In this document: piece after piece, positions 27,651 to 35,775 of the stretch
Position numbering within the stretch: the stretch's first letter is position 1
Layout: each line of letters opens with the position of its first letter
Source of the DNA: Mageeibacillus sp. UBA1212
Lineage (GTDB): Bacteria > Bacillota > Clostridia > UBA1212
Reading direction: 5' to 3'
DNA length: 64,000 nt
Assembly (NCBI GenBank): GCA_002309655.1
Contig: DBXM01000002.1
Span: 12,960-76,959 of the forward strand
Notes under the pieces: generated by a model
Seen by the model: the letters and a program-made list of their open reading frames with translations, nothing else
Told to the model about the DNA's origin: nothing
Databases searched by the model: none
Made by a program: the position numbers and the translations under genes

Positions 27651-28148
27651 TTATTTCCGGTCATTTCCGCCGTCTTGAGGCTCTTCCGCGGGCTCTTCGC
27701 CGCTCTCTTCCGCGTCCATAATTTTATAGAGCGCCTTGTAGAGCACCGAGGCCTCTTCCGCCGTCAGCGGCGAGCAGCTTTCCACCGCCTCGGGAACGTC
27801 CGCCGCCTTGTCTCTCAGCCGCATTCCCTCTTCGGTAACCGAACAGACAAGCATTCTCTCATCCGAGTCGGACCTGCGCCTTTCGATGTAGTTCTTTGCC
27901 TCCAGGCTTTTCAATACAGGCGTAAGCGTCCCCGAATCGAGCCTGAGCTTTGAGCAGAGCGTCTTCATTTCGACCGTTCCGTACTCCCAGAAGACCGTCA
28001 TCGTTATATACTGCGTATACGTCAGATTCAGTTCTTTCAGGAACGGACCGTATCTCCTGATCACCGCTCTCGAACAGGCATAGATAGGAAAGCACATCTG
28101 GTTATCGAGCTTAAGTTTGTCGTATTTAGTCATTTCCGCGTCTCTCAT
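27651..28148 (-). CDS. MarR-family transcriptional regulator
   Basis: Winged-helix MarR core (LTYTQYITMTVFWEYG...SDSDERMLV). Start uncertain: ATG 28148, ATG 28133, or TTG 28184 as in the track. Confidence 0.75.
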   Translation of the reverse strand: MRDAEMTKYDKLKLDNQMCFPIYACSRAVIRRYGPFLKELNLTYTQYITMTVFWEYGTVEMKTLCSKLRLDSGTLTPVLKSLEAKNYIERRRSDSDERMLVCSVTEEGMRLRDKAADVPEAVESCSPLTAEEASVLYKALYKIMDAEESGEEPAEEPQDGGNDRK

Positions 28149-28180
28149 CCGCGCAAAACACACGGGTTGGCAATGCCGTT

Positions 28181-28576
28181 TCAATCTATGCGGATTGTCT
28201 CAGGCGGTGCGCCGAAGGAATTGATCACGGCCACTGCGTTCCTGATTCTGAACACAGCCGTATTTCCGTCGTCCGGTGAATACATCCCTTTCAGCTCAGG
28301 GTACGCGTCGAGCATGTGAACGCGCGCCTCTCTCCTGTCGTCAAGTTCCGCCTCGCCCGAAACTCTGATCCACTTTCCTTCCGCAAACGCGCAGATCTCG
28401 AAGTGCGGATTCGCGAGCAGCTGCTTCGCCACCGCCTTGACAAGTCCCGTCTGGAAATACAGACCGCCTTCGAACATATCAATTGTGCCGAACGGCCTGA
28501 CTTTAGGGCAGTCGCCGTCAACGGTCGCAAGGTAATACGTTCCGCACTTTTTCAGGAACTCATAAACTCTTACCAT
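28181..28576 (-). CDS. Pyridoxamine 5'-phosphate oxidase-like FMN-binding split-barrel protein
   Basis: 131 aa, PNPOx-like fold family (YYLATVDGD.PKVRPFG). Confidence 0.65.
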   Translation of the reverse strand: MVRVYEFLKKCGTYYLATVDGDCPKVRPFGTIDMFEGGLYFQTGLVKAVAKQLLANPHFEICAFAEGKWIRVSGEAELDDRREARVHMLDAYPELKGMYSPDDGNTAVFRIRNAVAVINSFGAPPETIRID

Positions 28577-28629
28577 TTCGATTTCCTCCTAATTTTAGAG
28601 CATAAAGCTCCTGCCCGGCAGTCGCGCCG

Positions 28630-28890
28630 TCACGCTTTGACGGTCTCGTTGTACGCCTTGCGCACACCCTTCGCGAACTGGTCCGCGCACGAAGTGTTCT
28701 TAAAGCCGCAGGTGTTCCCTTTCAGCTTTCTCTCAATTTCATCGACCGTCATTCCGTCGACAAGAATCGCGATCGCTTTAAGGTTGCCGTTGCAGCCGCC
28801 GGTGAACCTTACGTTTGTGATGACGTCGCCGTCGATGTCGAAATCGATCTTCCTGGAGCAGACTCCCTCGGGATAAAACTCGTAATGCAT
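28630..28890 (-). CDS. TIGR03905-family small 4-Cys protein (TSCPD-like)
   Basis: 86 aa. FTGGCNGNLKAI...CGFKNTSCADQ. AAAAAGGAGG RBS. Confidence 0.6.
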   Translation of the reverse strand: MHYEFYPEGVCSRKIDFDIDGDVITNVRFTGGCNGNLKAIAILVDGMTVDEIERKLKGNTCGFKNTSCADQFAKGVRKAYNETVKA

Positions 28891-28957
28891 ATCTTAAATA
28901 CGCCTCCTTTTTTGCTGCCGGACGTCCTCCGACCCCGGCCGTTTTTAAGTTGAACTC

Positions 28958-29008
28958 AATTCAATTGAGCTCAATTGAATTATACCATCCCCGCCCCGTT
29001 TTGTCAAG
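28958..29008 (-). promoter_or_regulatory. Sigma-A promoter (TTGACA-N18-TATAAT) overlapped by a perfect 24-bp palindrome AATTCAATTGAGCTCAATTGAATT (likely repressor operator) driving the TIGR03905-PNPOx-MarR(-dfx-rbr) string
   Basis: -35 at 29003-29008 and -10 at 28979-28984, minus strand. The palindrome at 28958-28981 starts inside the -10 and covers the predicted +1. Confidence 0.5.
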
Positions 29009-29040
29009 CGTTTCCGCCCGCTTTTCAGGATTTTTTTACG

Positions 29041-29076
29041 AAAAAAAACGGCGTCCGAAATTGCTCCGGCGCCGCT
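29041..29076 (-). terminator. Rho-independent terminator downstream of the mreB-like gene (short GC stem plus U8)
   Basis: Minus strand reads GCGGCGCCGGAGCAAUUUCGGACGCCG followed by UUUUUUUU. Confidence 0.4.
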
Positions 29077-29125
29077 CAAAACATATTCCAATTAAGAATT
29101 CTTCAAAATCAATCGCAAAGTAACT

Positions 29126-30145
29126 TTAGTTGTTCATCAACTCGTTTTTGCGCTCGTTCGACATGCTGTTGAGTATCTTCATGCAGCCGTTCACGACGCA
29201 TTTGTGCGGGTTGTCGGCGGTGACCGTGTCGATTCCCGTGCCCTTCGAGATGAAGACGTCAAGTCCCGCGAGCCTCGCCCCGCCTCCTGTAAGAGTAATG
29301 CCTCTCTGGTAAATGTCGGAAACGAGCTCCGGCGGCGTCATCTCAAGCACGCGGCTGATTCCCTCCACGACCGGCATCGCCACGTCGCTGAGAGTTCTGA
29401 TAAGTTCGTCCGGTCTGATCGGTCTGTCTACGGGAAGCCTTCCGCTCAGCTCGAACGCCGAAACGTCGAAGGGCTGCACCCTGACGTCCCTGTAAACGCA
29501 TACGTACTCGTTCTTGATCCGCTCCGCCGTCTGGTCGCCGATGATCATCTTGTACTCTTTCTTGAAATACGTCTTGATGGCCTCGTCGAACGACCTTCCG
29601 CCGACGGGAACGCTTGCCGCCGCGACGATTCCGTCGTACGAGATTACCGCAATGTCGGTGATCTCCGCGCCGATGCTAACGACCATTTTCCCGTTCGGAG
29701 CCGACACGTCGAGATTTGCGCCGACCGCCGCCGCGAGAGGAGCGTCAACAAAGAATATTCTTCCCGCGCCCGCTTCGCGCAGCGCCCTTTCGGTGGCGCG
29801 CCTGCCGACGTTCGTGATGTCGCAGTGAACCGCGGTCACGATGTCCGGCCTGATAAGCCTTCTGATCGGATTTTTGACCGCTTCGTCGAGAAAATAACCC
29901 ACCATGTTGACGGTAACCGTGTACTCGGAAATCGCGCCCATACTGATCGGTCTGACCATCGACACGTCTTTGTCGGTCTTGCCTTCCATGTTTTTCGCCT
30001 TGCGTCCGATCGCCACGACCTCGCCGGTCTGCTTGCGCACCGCGACCACGGAAGGCTCCTCGACGACGATTCCCTTCCTCTCAACGCAAATTCTTATATT
30101 TGAAGAACCGATGTCCACGGCAATATTCTGCCTGAAAGCACCCAT
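29126..30145 (-). CDS. mreB: MreB/Mbl-family actin-like rod-shape protein
   Basis: Start reassigned to ATG 30145 (MGAFRQNIAVDIGSSNIRI), after AGGGAGG. Actin-fold phosphate motifs DIGS and LTGGGA. Paralog identity (MreB vs Mbl) not resolved. Confidence 0.85.
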   Translation of the reverse strand: MGAFRQNIAVDIGSSNIRICVERKGIVVEEPSVVAVRKQTGEVVAIGRKAKNMEGKTDKDVSMVRPISMGAISEYTVTVNMVGYFLDEAVKNPIRRLIRPDIVTAVHCDITNVGRRATERALREAGAGRIFFVDAPLAAAVGANLDVSAPNGKMVVSIGAEITDIAVISYDGIVAAASVPVGGRSFDEAIKTYFKKEYKMIIGDQTAERIKNEYVCVYRDVRVQPFDVSAFELSGRLPVDRPIRPDELIRTLSDVAMPVVEGISRVLEMTPPELVSDIYQRGITLTGGGARLAGLDVFISKGTGIDTVTADNPHKCVVNGCMKILNSMSNERKNELMNN

Positions 30146-30402
30146 AGAATCCTCCCTGAAGTTCTTGATGAATACCCGGTTATTGTAACACAACCGCGGG
30201 AACGCTTCAACCCCCGCAAATCCAAAATCGCGTCAAGGTTAAGCGAAAAGTCAACTTATGCCTCGCCCTGGATCCAATCAAGGTCAATTCCCGGCCAAAT
30301 TCCTGTCAGTCTCCGGTCATTCCCGGACGTCTTTCCGCTGGATTTAGCCCTGCGTTCGTGCTACAATGTCTCAAACCCAATCACGGTTCGGAGGCTTTTA
30401 AA

Positions 30403-31581
30403 ATGCAATACAGAAAAGACAGATACGGAAATGAAATCTCTGTGCTCGGCTACGGCTGCATGCGCTTCACCCAGACGCCCGCGGGAGTCGACGTCAAAAA
30501 GACCGAAAAGGAAATTCTGACGGCTATCGAAAAAGGCGTGAACTACTTCGACACCGCCTACATCTACCCCGGCAGCGAAGCGACCCTCGGCGAAATTCTG
30601 GAGCGCAACGGTCTCCGTTCCAAAGTGAAAATCGCGACCAAACTCCCGCACTACCTACTCAAAAAGCCCGAAGACGCCGAAAAATATTTTCGCGAAGAGC
30701 TCGCGCGCCTCAAAACCGACCACGTGGACTACTACCTGATGCACATGCTGACCGACGACGAGACGTGGCAGCGCCTTCTGAATCTCGGCGTCGGCGACTG
30801 GCTCGACGAAAAGCAGCGTTCCGGCGAGATCGGCCAGGTAGGCTTCTCCTACCACGGCAACTCCGACACCTTTATGAAACTTCTCGACTGCCGCGACTGG
30901 GATTTCTGCCAGATCCAGTACAACTACCTCGACGAAAACTCCCAGGCAGGCGTCACCGGCCTCCGCGCCGCGGCGGCTAAAGGCATACCGGTTATTATAA
31001 TGGAGCCGCTGCGCGGCGGCCGGCTCGCGGCGGGACTTCCCAAGTCCGCCGCGCGGCGTTTCGAAAACTACGAGCCGAAACGCACGCCTGCCGCCTGGTC
31101 GTTCCTCTGGCTCTGGAACCAGCCCGAAGTCACCTGCGTCCTGTCCGGCATGAACTCTGTCGCGATGATCGAGGAAAACTGCGCCACCGCCGACCTCGCC
31201 CTTCCCGGTTATCTCACCGAAAGCGATTTCGAGCTCATTTCAAAAGCAATCGACGACATCAACAGCAAGATGGTCGTTCCCTGCACCGGCTGCCGCTACT
31301 GCATGCCCTGCCCGCGCGGAGTCGACATTCCCGGCACGTTCGCCGCCCTCAACCGCACGAAGTACGACGGCATGTTCAACGGCCTCAAAGACTACGCGAT
31401 GGCCACCTCCGTCCGCAAAAACTACACCGGCGTCAAGAACTGCGTCGGCTGCGGCAAGTGCGAAAAGCACTGCCCTCAGGGCATCAAGATTCGTGAGATG
31501 CTGAAATACGCCGGCCGCAAATTCGAAGGCCCCGTGTTCAAAGTCGGAACGAAAATCATCAAAAAGATTATGAAGTACTAA
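30403..31581 (+). CDS. Aldo/keto reductase fused to C-terminal 4Fe-4S ferredoxin-type domain
   Basis: Start at ATG 30403 (MQYRKDRYGNEI), 8 nt after GGAGG. AKR motifs (GYGCMRF, IATK) and CTGCRYCMPCP...CVGCGKCEKHCP cluster. Confidence 0.8.
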   Translation: MQYRKDRYGNEISVLGYGCMRFTQTPAGVDVKKTEKEILTAIEKGVNYFDTAYIYPGSEATLGEILERNGLRSKVKIATKLPHYLLKKPEDAEKYFREELARLKTDHVDYYLMHMLTDDETWQRLLNLGVGDWLDEKQRSGEIGQVGFSYHGNSDTFMKLLDCRDWDFCQIQYNYLDENSQAGVTGLRAAAAKGIPVIIMEPLRGGRLAAGLPKSAARRFENYEPKRTPAAWSFLWLWNQPEVTCVLSGMNSVAMIEENCATADLALPGYLTESDFELISKAIDDINSKMVVPCTGCRYCMPCPRGVDIPGTFAALNRTKYDGMFNGLKDYAMATSVRKNYTGVKNCVGCGKCEKHCPQGIKIREMLKYAGRKFEGPVFKVGTKIIKKIMKY

Positions 31582-31653
31582 AGTTTCAAACCTCTTCACA
31601 GTCTTTCTTCCTGCCTTCCCTCGGAGTAACCCCCTTCTCAGCTTCGATTTTAA

Positions 31654-31702
31654 TTGCTTTTATTCCGGAAAAAGCGTAAAATCAAAGTCAGACAAGGTCA
31701 AA
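31654..31702 (+). promoter_or_regulatory. ctsR promoter (TTGCTT-N17-TAAAAT) with CtsR operator AGTCAGAcaaGGTCAAA directly downstream of the -10
   Basis: -35 at 31654-31659 and -10 at 31677-31682. The heptad direct repeat at 31686-31702 matches the CtsR consensus RGTCAAAnanRGTCAAA with one mismatch. Confidence 0.55.
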
Positions 31703-31722
31703 CCCGCAGGGGAGGTTTTTGT

Positions 31723-32196
31723 ATGGCCGAAAAAATCACCGACACAATCGAATTCTTTATAAAAGAACTGATCGACGGCAACGAACAGCCCGAGGCGCTT
31801 CTTAAAAGGAACGAACTCGCCGCAAGATTCGGTTGCGCGCCGTCCCAGATCAATTACGTCATCCGCACGCGGTTTTCCCGCGACAGAGGCTACCTCGTCG
31901 AAAGCAGACGCGGCGGCGGCGGGTGCATCATCATATATAAGGTCAGCGCCGCCGAAACCGGCTCCGGCTCTTACATTGCCACGCTTCTCGAAGGTCTTCC
32001 CGAAGCAATTTCCCAGCACACGGCGCAGCTTCTTCTCGAATCCGTCGCCGAGAGCGGCGAAGCCACCGCAAGTGAGTGCCGCATAATGTATTCCGCGGTG
32101 AACGACAGCGCCCTGTCTCTGATTCCGCGAGAACTCCGCGACGCGGCCAGAAGTCACCTTCTAAGGGGCATGCTGCTCGCGGTCCTTAAAGCCTGA
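31723..32196 (+). CDS. ctsR: Class III stress gene repressor CtsR
   Basis: Start at ATG 31723 (MAEKITDTIEFFIKELI), after GGGGAGG. Near-identical core to B. subtilis CtsR (ELAARFGCAPSQINYVIRTRFSRDRGYLVESRRGGGGCIIIYKV). Confidence 0.85.
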   Translation: MAEKITDTIEFFIKELIDGNEQPEALLKRNELAARFGCAPSQINYVIRTRFSRDRGYLVESRRGGGGCIIIYKVSAAETGSGSYIATLLEGLPEAISQHTAQLLLESVAESGEATASECRIMYSAVNDSALSLIPRELRDAARSHLLRGMLLAVLKA

Positions 32197-32215
32197 CATC
32201 GGGAGGTGCGTAAGA

Positions 32216-33835
32216 ATGATCCTACAGACTTCATCCGAACAAAGAACTTCCGACAGCGCCTATGTCACGTCGGGCGGCGACATTCGCGACCTTATAATGT
32301 CCGCGGGAACTGCTCTCGCTGAGTTTGCGGCGGGAATCGCGGAGAATAGCTACCCGCAACCGCGCGCATCATCACAGGATGGAATTCAATCAGGCGGTAT
32401 AGTAATCGTCTGCGGCGCCGGCAACAACGGCTGCGACGGTCTCGCAGCGGCTTACGTTCTCAAAACCAAAGGCTTCATTACAAAAGTTTACGACGTCAGC
32501 CTTCGTAAAGGTCCTGCATCCCCGGCCCGCGCGCACTTCGAAAACCAGCTTCGTGAGGAGGCGAAAATCGAAATCAAAAGCGCCTTCAACGACAGCACGG
32601 AAACGCTGGCGGATTCTTTTAAAGAAGATATCTCATCCGCCGCTCTCGTTCTCGACTGCGTCTTCGGAAGCGGATTCGACGTATCAAGACCTCTTCCCGC
32701 AGGAATATCAGCCGTTTTCGACGAAATCAACGGCTGTGCCGCAAAAGTCATTTCCGCGGACGTTCCCAGCGGAGTTTCAGCGGACACGGGCGAGACGGTT
32801 TTAAGACCCGTAAATGCAGACTACACAGTCGCATTTCAGCACGCAAAGCCCGGGCATTATATCCTTTCCGGAAAAAGGTTCTGCGGGAATGTCTTTGTCG
32901 CGAATATCGGGATGCCCTCAGGTTTGGACCTGGTATCGGGCACCCGCGAAGCGTTCACGCCTGAAGACCTCGAGTCGGTGCGGAAGCTGCTGCCGGAAAG
33001 AGACCCTTACGGGCACAAGTATTCCAACGGCAGAGTGCTCGTTATCGCCGGTTCGAAGCGTTATTGCGGCGCCGCCGTTCTGGCGGTATCTTCGGCGCTT
33101 AGAGGTGGCGCCGGCCTCGTAACAGCCGCAGTCCCCGGCTCGATAGCCGACGCCCTCACAATAGCCTGTCCCGAAGCTGTCCGGTTCTCTCTCGGAGACG
33201 CCTCTTCCGAAGTGCTTACGGAAAGTCACGTTCCGGCAATTTTGGCCGAGGCCTCAAGGTCAGATGTTATAGTTATAGGTCCCGGCCTCGGCCGCGACGA
33301 ACGCACGCTTGAGGCGGTCAGAACAATACTCTCAAGCAGCGAAATCCGCAAAGCCGTTGTCGACGCGGACGCTCTTTTCGCGATATCCCCTCTTGGCGGA
33401 CTTCACTGCGAAGGAGCCGGAAAGCTCTTCGAAAACAAGCAGGTAATACTGACCCCGCACGAAGCGGAGGCCGCGCGTCTTCTGGGGACGGACGTCAAAA
33501 CAGTATCGGAGCACAGACTCTCCTGCGCGTCGGAAATATCACTTAAATCAGGCGCGGTAACCGTTCTGAAAGGCAGCGGAACCGTCACGCTCTCAAGCTC
33601 TGAGATGTTCACGGTCAACTCCACCGGCAACTCCTCGCTGTCAAAAGGCGGAAGCGGCGACGTTCTGTCAGGTCTTGCCGGCTCCCTGCTCGCCCGCACG
33701 GACGATCCGTATGAGGCCGCCAGGGCGGCAGTGTTCATTCACGGGCTCGCCGCGGAAAGGCTTTCCGAAGAATATTCCGAATTCTGCGTGCTTCCAAGCG
33801 ATTTACCGGTAGCATTTTCCGAAATATTGTGCTAA
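32216..33835 (+). CDS. nnr: Bifunctional NAD(P)H-hydrate repair enzyme Nnr (N-terminal epimerase YjeF-N, C-terminal ADP-dependent dehydratase)
   Basis: 539 aa, two-domain YjeF architecture (VCGAGNNGCDG; GPGLG). GGGAGGTG RBS. Starts 19 nt after the ctsR stop. Confidence 0.85.
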   Translation: MILQTSSEQRTSDSAYVTSGGDIRDLIMSAGTALAEFAAGIAENSYPQPRASSQDGIQSGGIVIVCGAGNNGCDGLAAAYVLKTKGFITKVYDVSLRKGPASPARAHFENQLREEAKIEIKSAFNDSTETLADSFKEDISSAALVLDCVFGSGFDVSRPLPAGISAVFDEINGCAAKVISADVPSGVSADTGETVLRPVNADYTVAFQHAKPGHYILSGKRFCGNVFVANIGMPSGLDLVSGTREAFTPEDLESVRKLLPERDPYGHKYSNGRVLVIAGSKRYCGAAVLAVSSALRGGAGLVTAAVPGSIADALTIACPEAVRFSLGDASSEVLTESHVPAILAEASRSDVIVIGPGLGRDERTLEAVRTILSSSEIRKAVVDADALFAISPLGGLHCEGAGKLFENKQVILTPHEAEAARLLGTDVKTVSEHRLSCASEISLKSGAVTVLKGSGTVTLSSSEMFTVNSTGNSSLSKGGSGDVLSGLAGSLLARTDDPYEAARAAVFIHGLAAERLSEEYSEFCVLPSDLPVAFSEILC

Positions 33836-33862
33836 AATACCTGTCGCGTGCTTTCGCGGCAT

Positions 33863-33937
33863 GCCTCCTTAGTTAAACGGATATAATCTTCGCCTCCGAC
33901 GCGAACGTTGTCGGTTCGATTCCGGCAGGAGGTGCCA
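33863..33937 (+). tRNA. tRNA-Arg (anticodon CCG)
   Basis: GCCTCCTTAGTTAAACGGATATAATCTTCGCCTCCGACGCGAACGTTGTCGGTTCGATTCCGGCAGGAGGTGCCA folds into a cloverleaf. Has acceptor stem with one G-U pair, D-loop GG, anticodon loop CTCCGAC, T-loop TTCGATT and encoded CCA. Confidence 0.7.
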
Positions 33938-33978
33938 CAGCACACACTGCACGCGTTTAAAGCGCGCACGAAGCCATA

Positions 33979-34020
33979 GAAACCGCGGTTTTGGTCATCC
34001 GGAATTGCGGTTTCTTTTTT
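33979..34020 (+). terminator. Rho-independent terminator after tRNA-Arg (GAAACCGC / GCGGTTTC stem followed by TTTTTT)
   Basis: Inverted repeat at 33979-33986 and 34007-34014 with a U6 tail. Confidence 0.45.
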
Positions 34021-34074
34021 ACGTTTTGCGGCAGCCCGCCGGCATCTAAAAGCGTGAGGCGAAAAACCCCTTTA

Positions 34075-35286
34075 TCAGCACTCCATCAAAATCGACAGCA
34101 GGTTCCAGTTCTGGAAGCCCGGGTTGTTCATCGGTTCGCCGGTCTCGGGATGGTAGTATTCGTGAAGAACCCCTGTCTTTTCAAGGTCGGTTCCAAACAG
34201 TCTTATCGTCTTCTCCGCGAGTTCCGAAGCCTCTTTTTCATACCCGTACTTTTTCAAGCCGTCGTATACCATATAGTTCGCAATGCCCCATATAGGACCC
34301 AGCCAGCAGGAAGGATTTCCGGTTTTCAGAAGCGCGTACATCTTCTCCGCCTTTGACAGCGACCGCACGCCGAACGGCGCGTTGAAGGTCGACTCGTCAA
34401 GATAGTTGCGGACCATCGCCTGCGCCTGCTCCTCCGTGGCGATCTCTGCCCACATCGGCAGAAATCCCGACCAGACGCCTATCCTTTGAATGAGCGCCGG
34501 CCAGTGGCGCGGGCACCCCGAGTGAAGCCACGAATTCGTGTCTACAGGCACGAGATTCACGTCCGCACTGTAGAAGAATCCGTCGCGCGGGTCCCACAAA
34601 AGGTCGCGGATTCTCTCAGCCAGTTCATCGGCCTCGTAGCCGTATTTTTCCTGCGCGTCCGCCCTTCCGAGCCTTCTCGCGAGTTCCGCGGCAGCCAAAA
34701 GCTCACGGTACATGAAGCAGTTTAGGTAGATCGACGCGGAACTTCTCTTCGGCCTGTAGAATGTACACGGGTCGTTGTCGACGCCAATCGCGCAGTCGTC
34801 GATCCACACATAGAGTCCCGAATCCTCGTGAAAAGCGTTTTTCTTGTAAAACGCGAGGTATCTCTCAATTGCCGGGAACGCGTCTTCTACCCACCCGGTA
34901 TCGCCCGCGGCGTCGCAAATAAAGAGCGCGTGCTGGGCAAAGCACGGTTTGTGGATGTTGGTGTCCGGATTCGCGGAAAAGTCCGGAAGCGTTGACGCCG
35001 GCATAATGCTTATAGGCACTCTGCCCTCGCCGTTTGTGTGTTCGGCAAAATTTAGTATGCATCCCTTCTCGTACGAGGCGAGCTCATCGGTGTCAACGCC
35101 TTCGATTCCTCTTAGCGCGATGTCCGTAAGCCAGCTGTCCCAGTCCCAAAGACTGTTGCTGTAGACGCTTCCCGGCACGATGAATCTGTGCCTCAGTTGT
35201 CCGTCCGGCTCTCTCAGCATCAATTTGTAGTTCGATCTCGCGTATTCCGTTATCAATTTCTTGTAGCGCAACGTCTTCGCCGTCAT
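34075..35286 (-). CDS. (alpha/alpha)6-barrel glycoside hydrolase, GH63 / MGH1 / trehalase(GH37)-like
   Basis: 403 aa. W/D-rich motifs (LWDWDSW, WLGPIWGIANYM, NWNLL) are typical of the GH63/GH37 clan. Cytoplasmic. Confidence 0.6.
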   Translation of the reverse strand: MTAKTLRYKKLITEYARSNYKLMLREPDGQLRHRFIVPGSVYSNSLWDWDSWLTDIALRGIEGVDTDELASYEKGCILNFAEHTNGEGRVPISIMPASTLPDFSANPDTNIHKPCFAQHALFICDAAGDTGWVEDAFPAIERYLAFYKKNAFHEDSGLYVWIDDCAIGVDNDPCTFYRPKRSSASIYLNCFMYRELLAAAELARRLGRADAQEKYGYEADELAERIRDLLWDPRDGFFYSADVNLVPVDTNSWLHSGCPRHWPALIQRIGVWSGFLPMWAEIATEEQAQAMVRNYLDESTFNAPFGVRSLSKAEKMYALLKTGNPSCWLGPIWGIANYMVYDGLKKYGYEKEASELAEKTIRLFGTDLEKTGVLHEYYHPETGEPMNNPGFQNWNLLSILMEC

Positions 35287-35423
35287 AACTGCCTCCGTTT
35301 TTTCCTATATTCAGGCAAAATCAACCTGCAGGCACGCATATTTTACCCCTGCTTTTGAAAGGTTTCCCAGCATAAATTATACCACCGGCACCGCCTCGCG
35401 TAAAGCGCCGCGCCGCATACAAT

Positions 35424-35693
35424 TCACCTTCCGTACGCCTCGCGCCTCGCCTCCACGAACCACCTTCCTTCGCCTTCGTCGAACAGATACGTCTCGACGC
35501 CTTTTACGACTACCGAGTAGCGCATGCCTGTGCCTCCCACCTTAGTCGACGCGGCTCTGCACACGCCCTTTATCCTGTCGATATCGAACGTCTGCCCGTT
35601 GCTAAGTCTGATTTTCAAAGGCAGGCTCGCCCCCTCGCTTGTGTGAAACACGTACACGTCCACGTACATTTTGACTCTCTCGCCGCCGTCCAT
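35424..35693 (-). CDS. YolD-like protein (accessory protein of UmuC/UvrX-type polymerases)
   Basis: Start at ATG 35693 (MDGGERVKMYVDVYV), after GGGAGGTG. 89 aa, placed immediately downstream of the Y-family polymerase as in the B. subtilis uvrX-yolD pair. Confidence 0.5.
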   Translation of the reverse strand: MDGGERVKMYVDVYVFHTSEGASLPLKIRLSNGQTFDIDRIKGVCRAASTKVGGTGMRYSVVVKGVETYLFDEGEGRWFVEARREAYGR

Positions 35694-35775
35694 AAACAAC
35701 ACCTCCCGCAAATTTCCGGCCGCAAATATTTCCCGCAAATAACAACCCGCATAAAACCGCGCCTTGTGATTAAAA

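Noticed and set aside
30194-30402. Additional CtsR boxes (GTCAA repeats: GTCAAGG, GTCAAC, AGGTCAATT) upstream of the aldo/keto reductase
   Set aside because: Only partial heptads with wrong spacing.
This does not meet the RGTCAAAnanRGTCAAA consensus.
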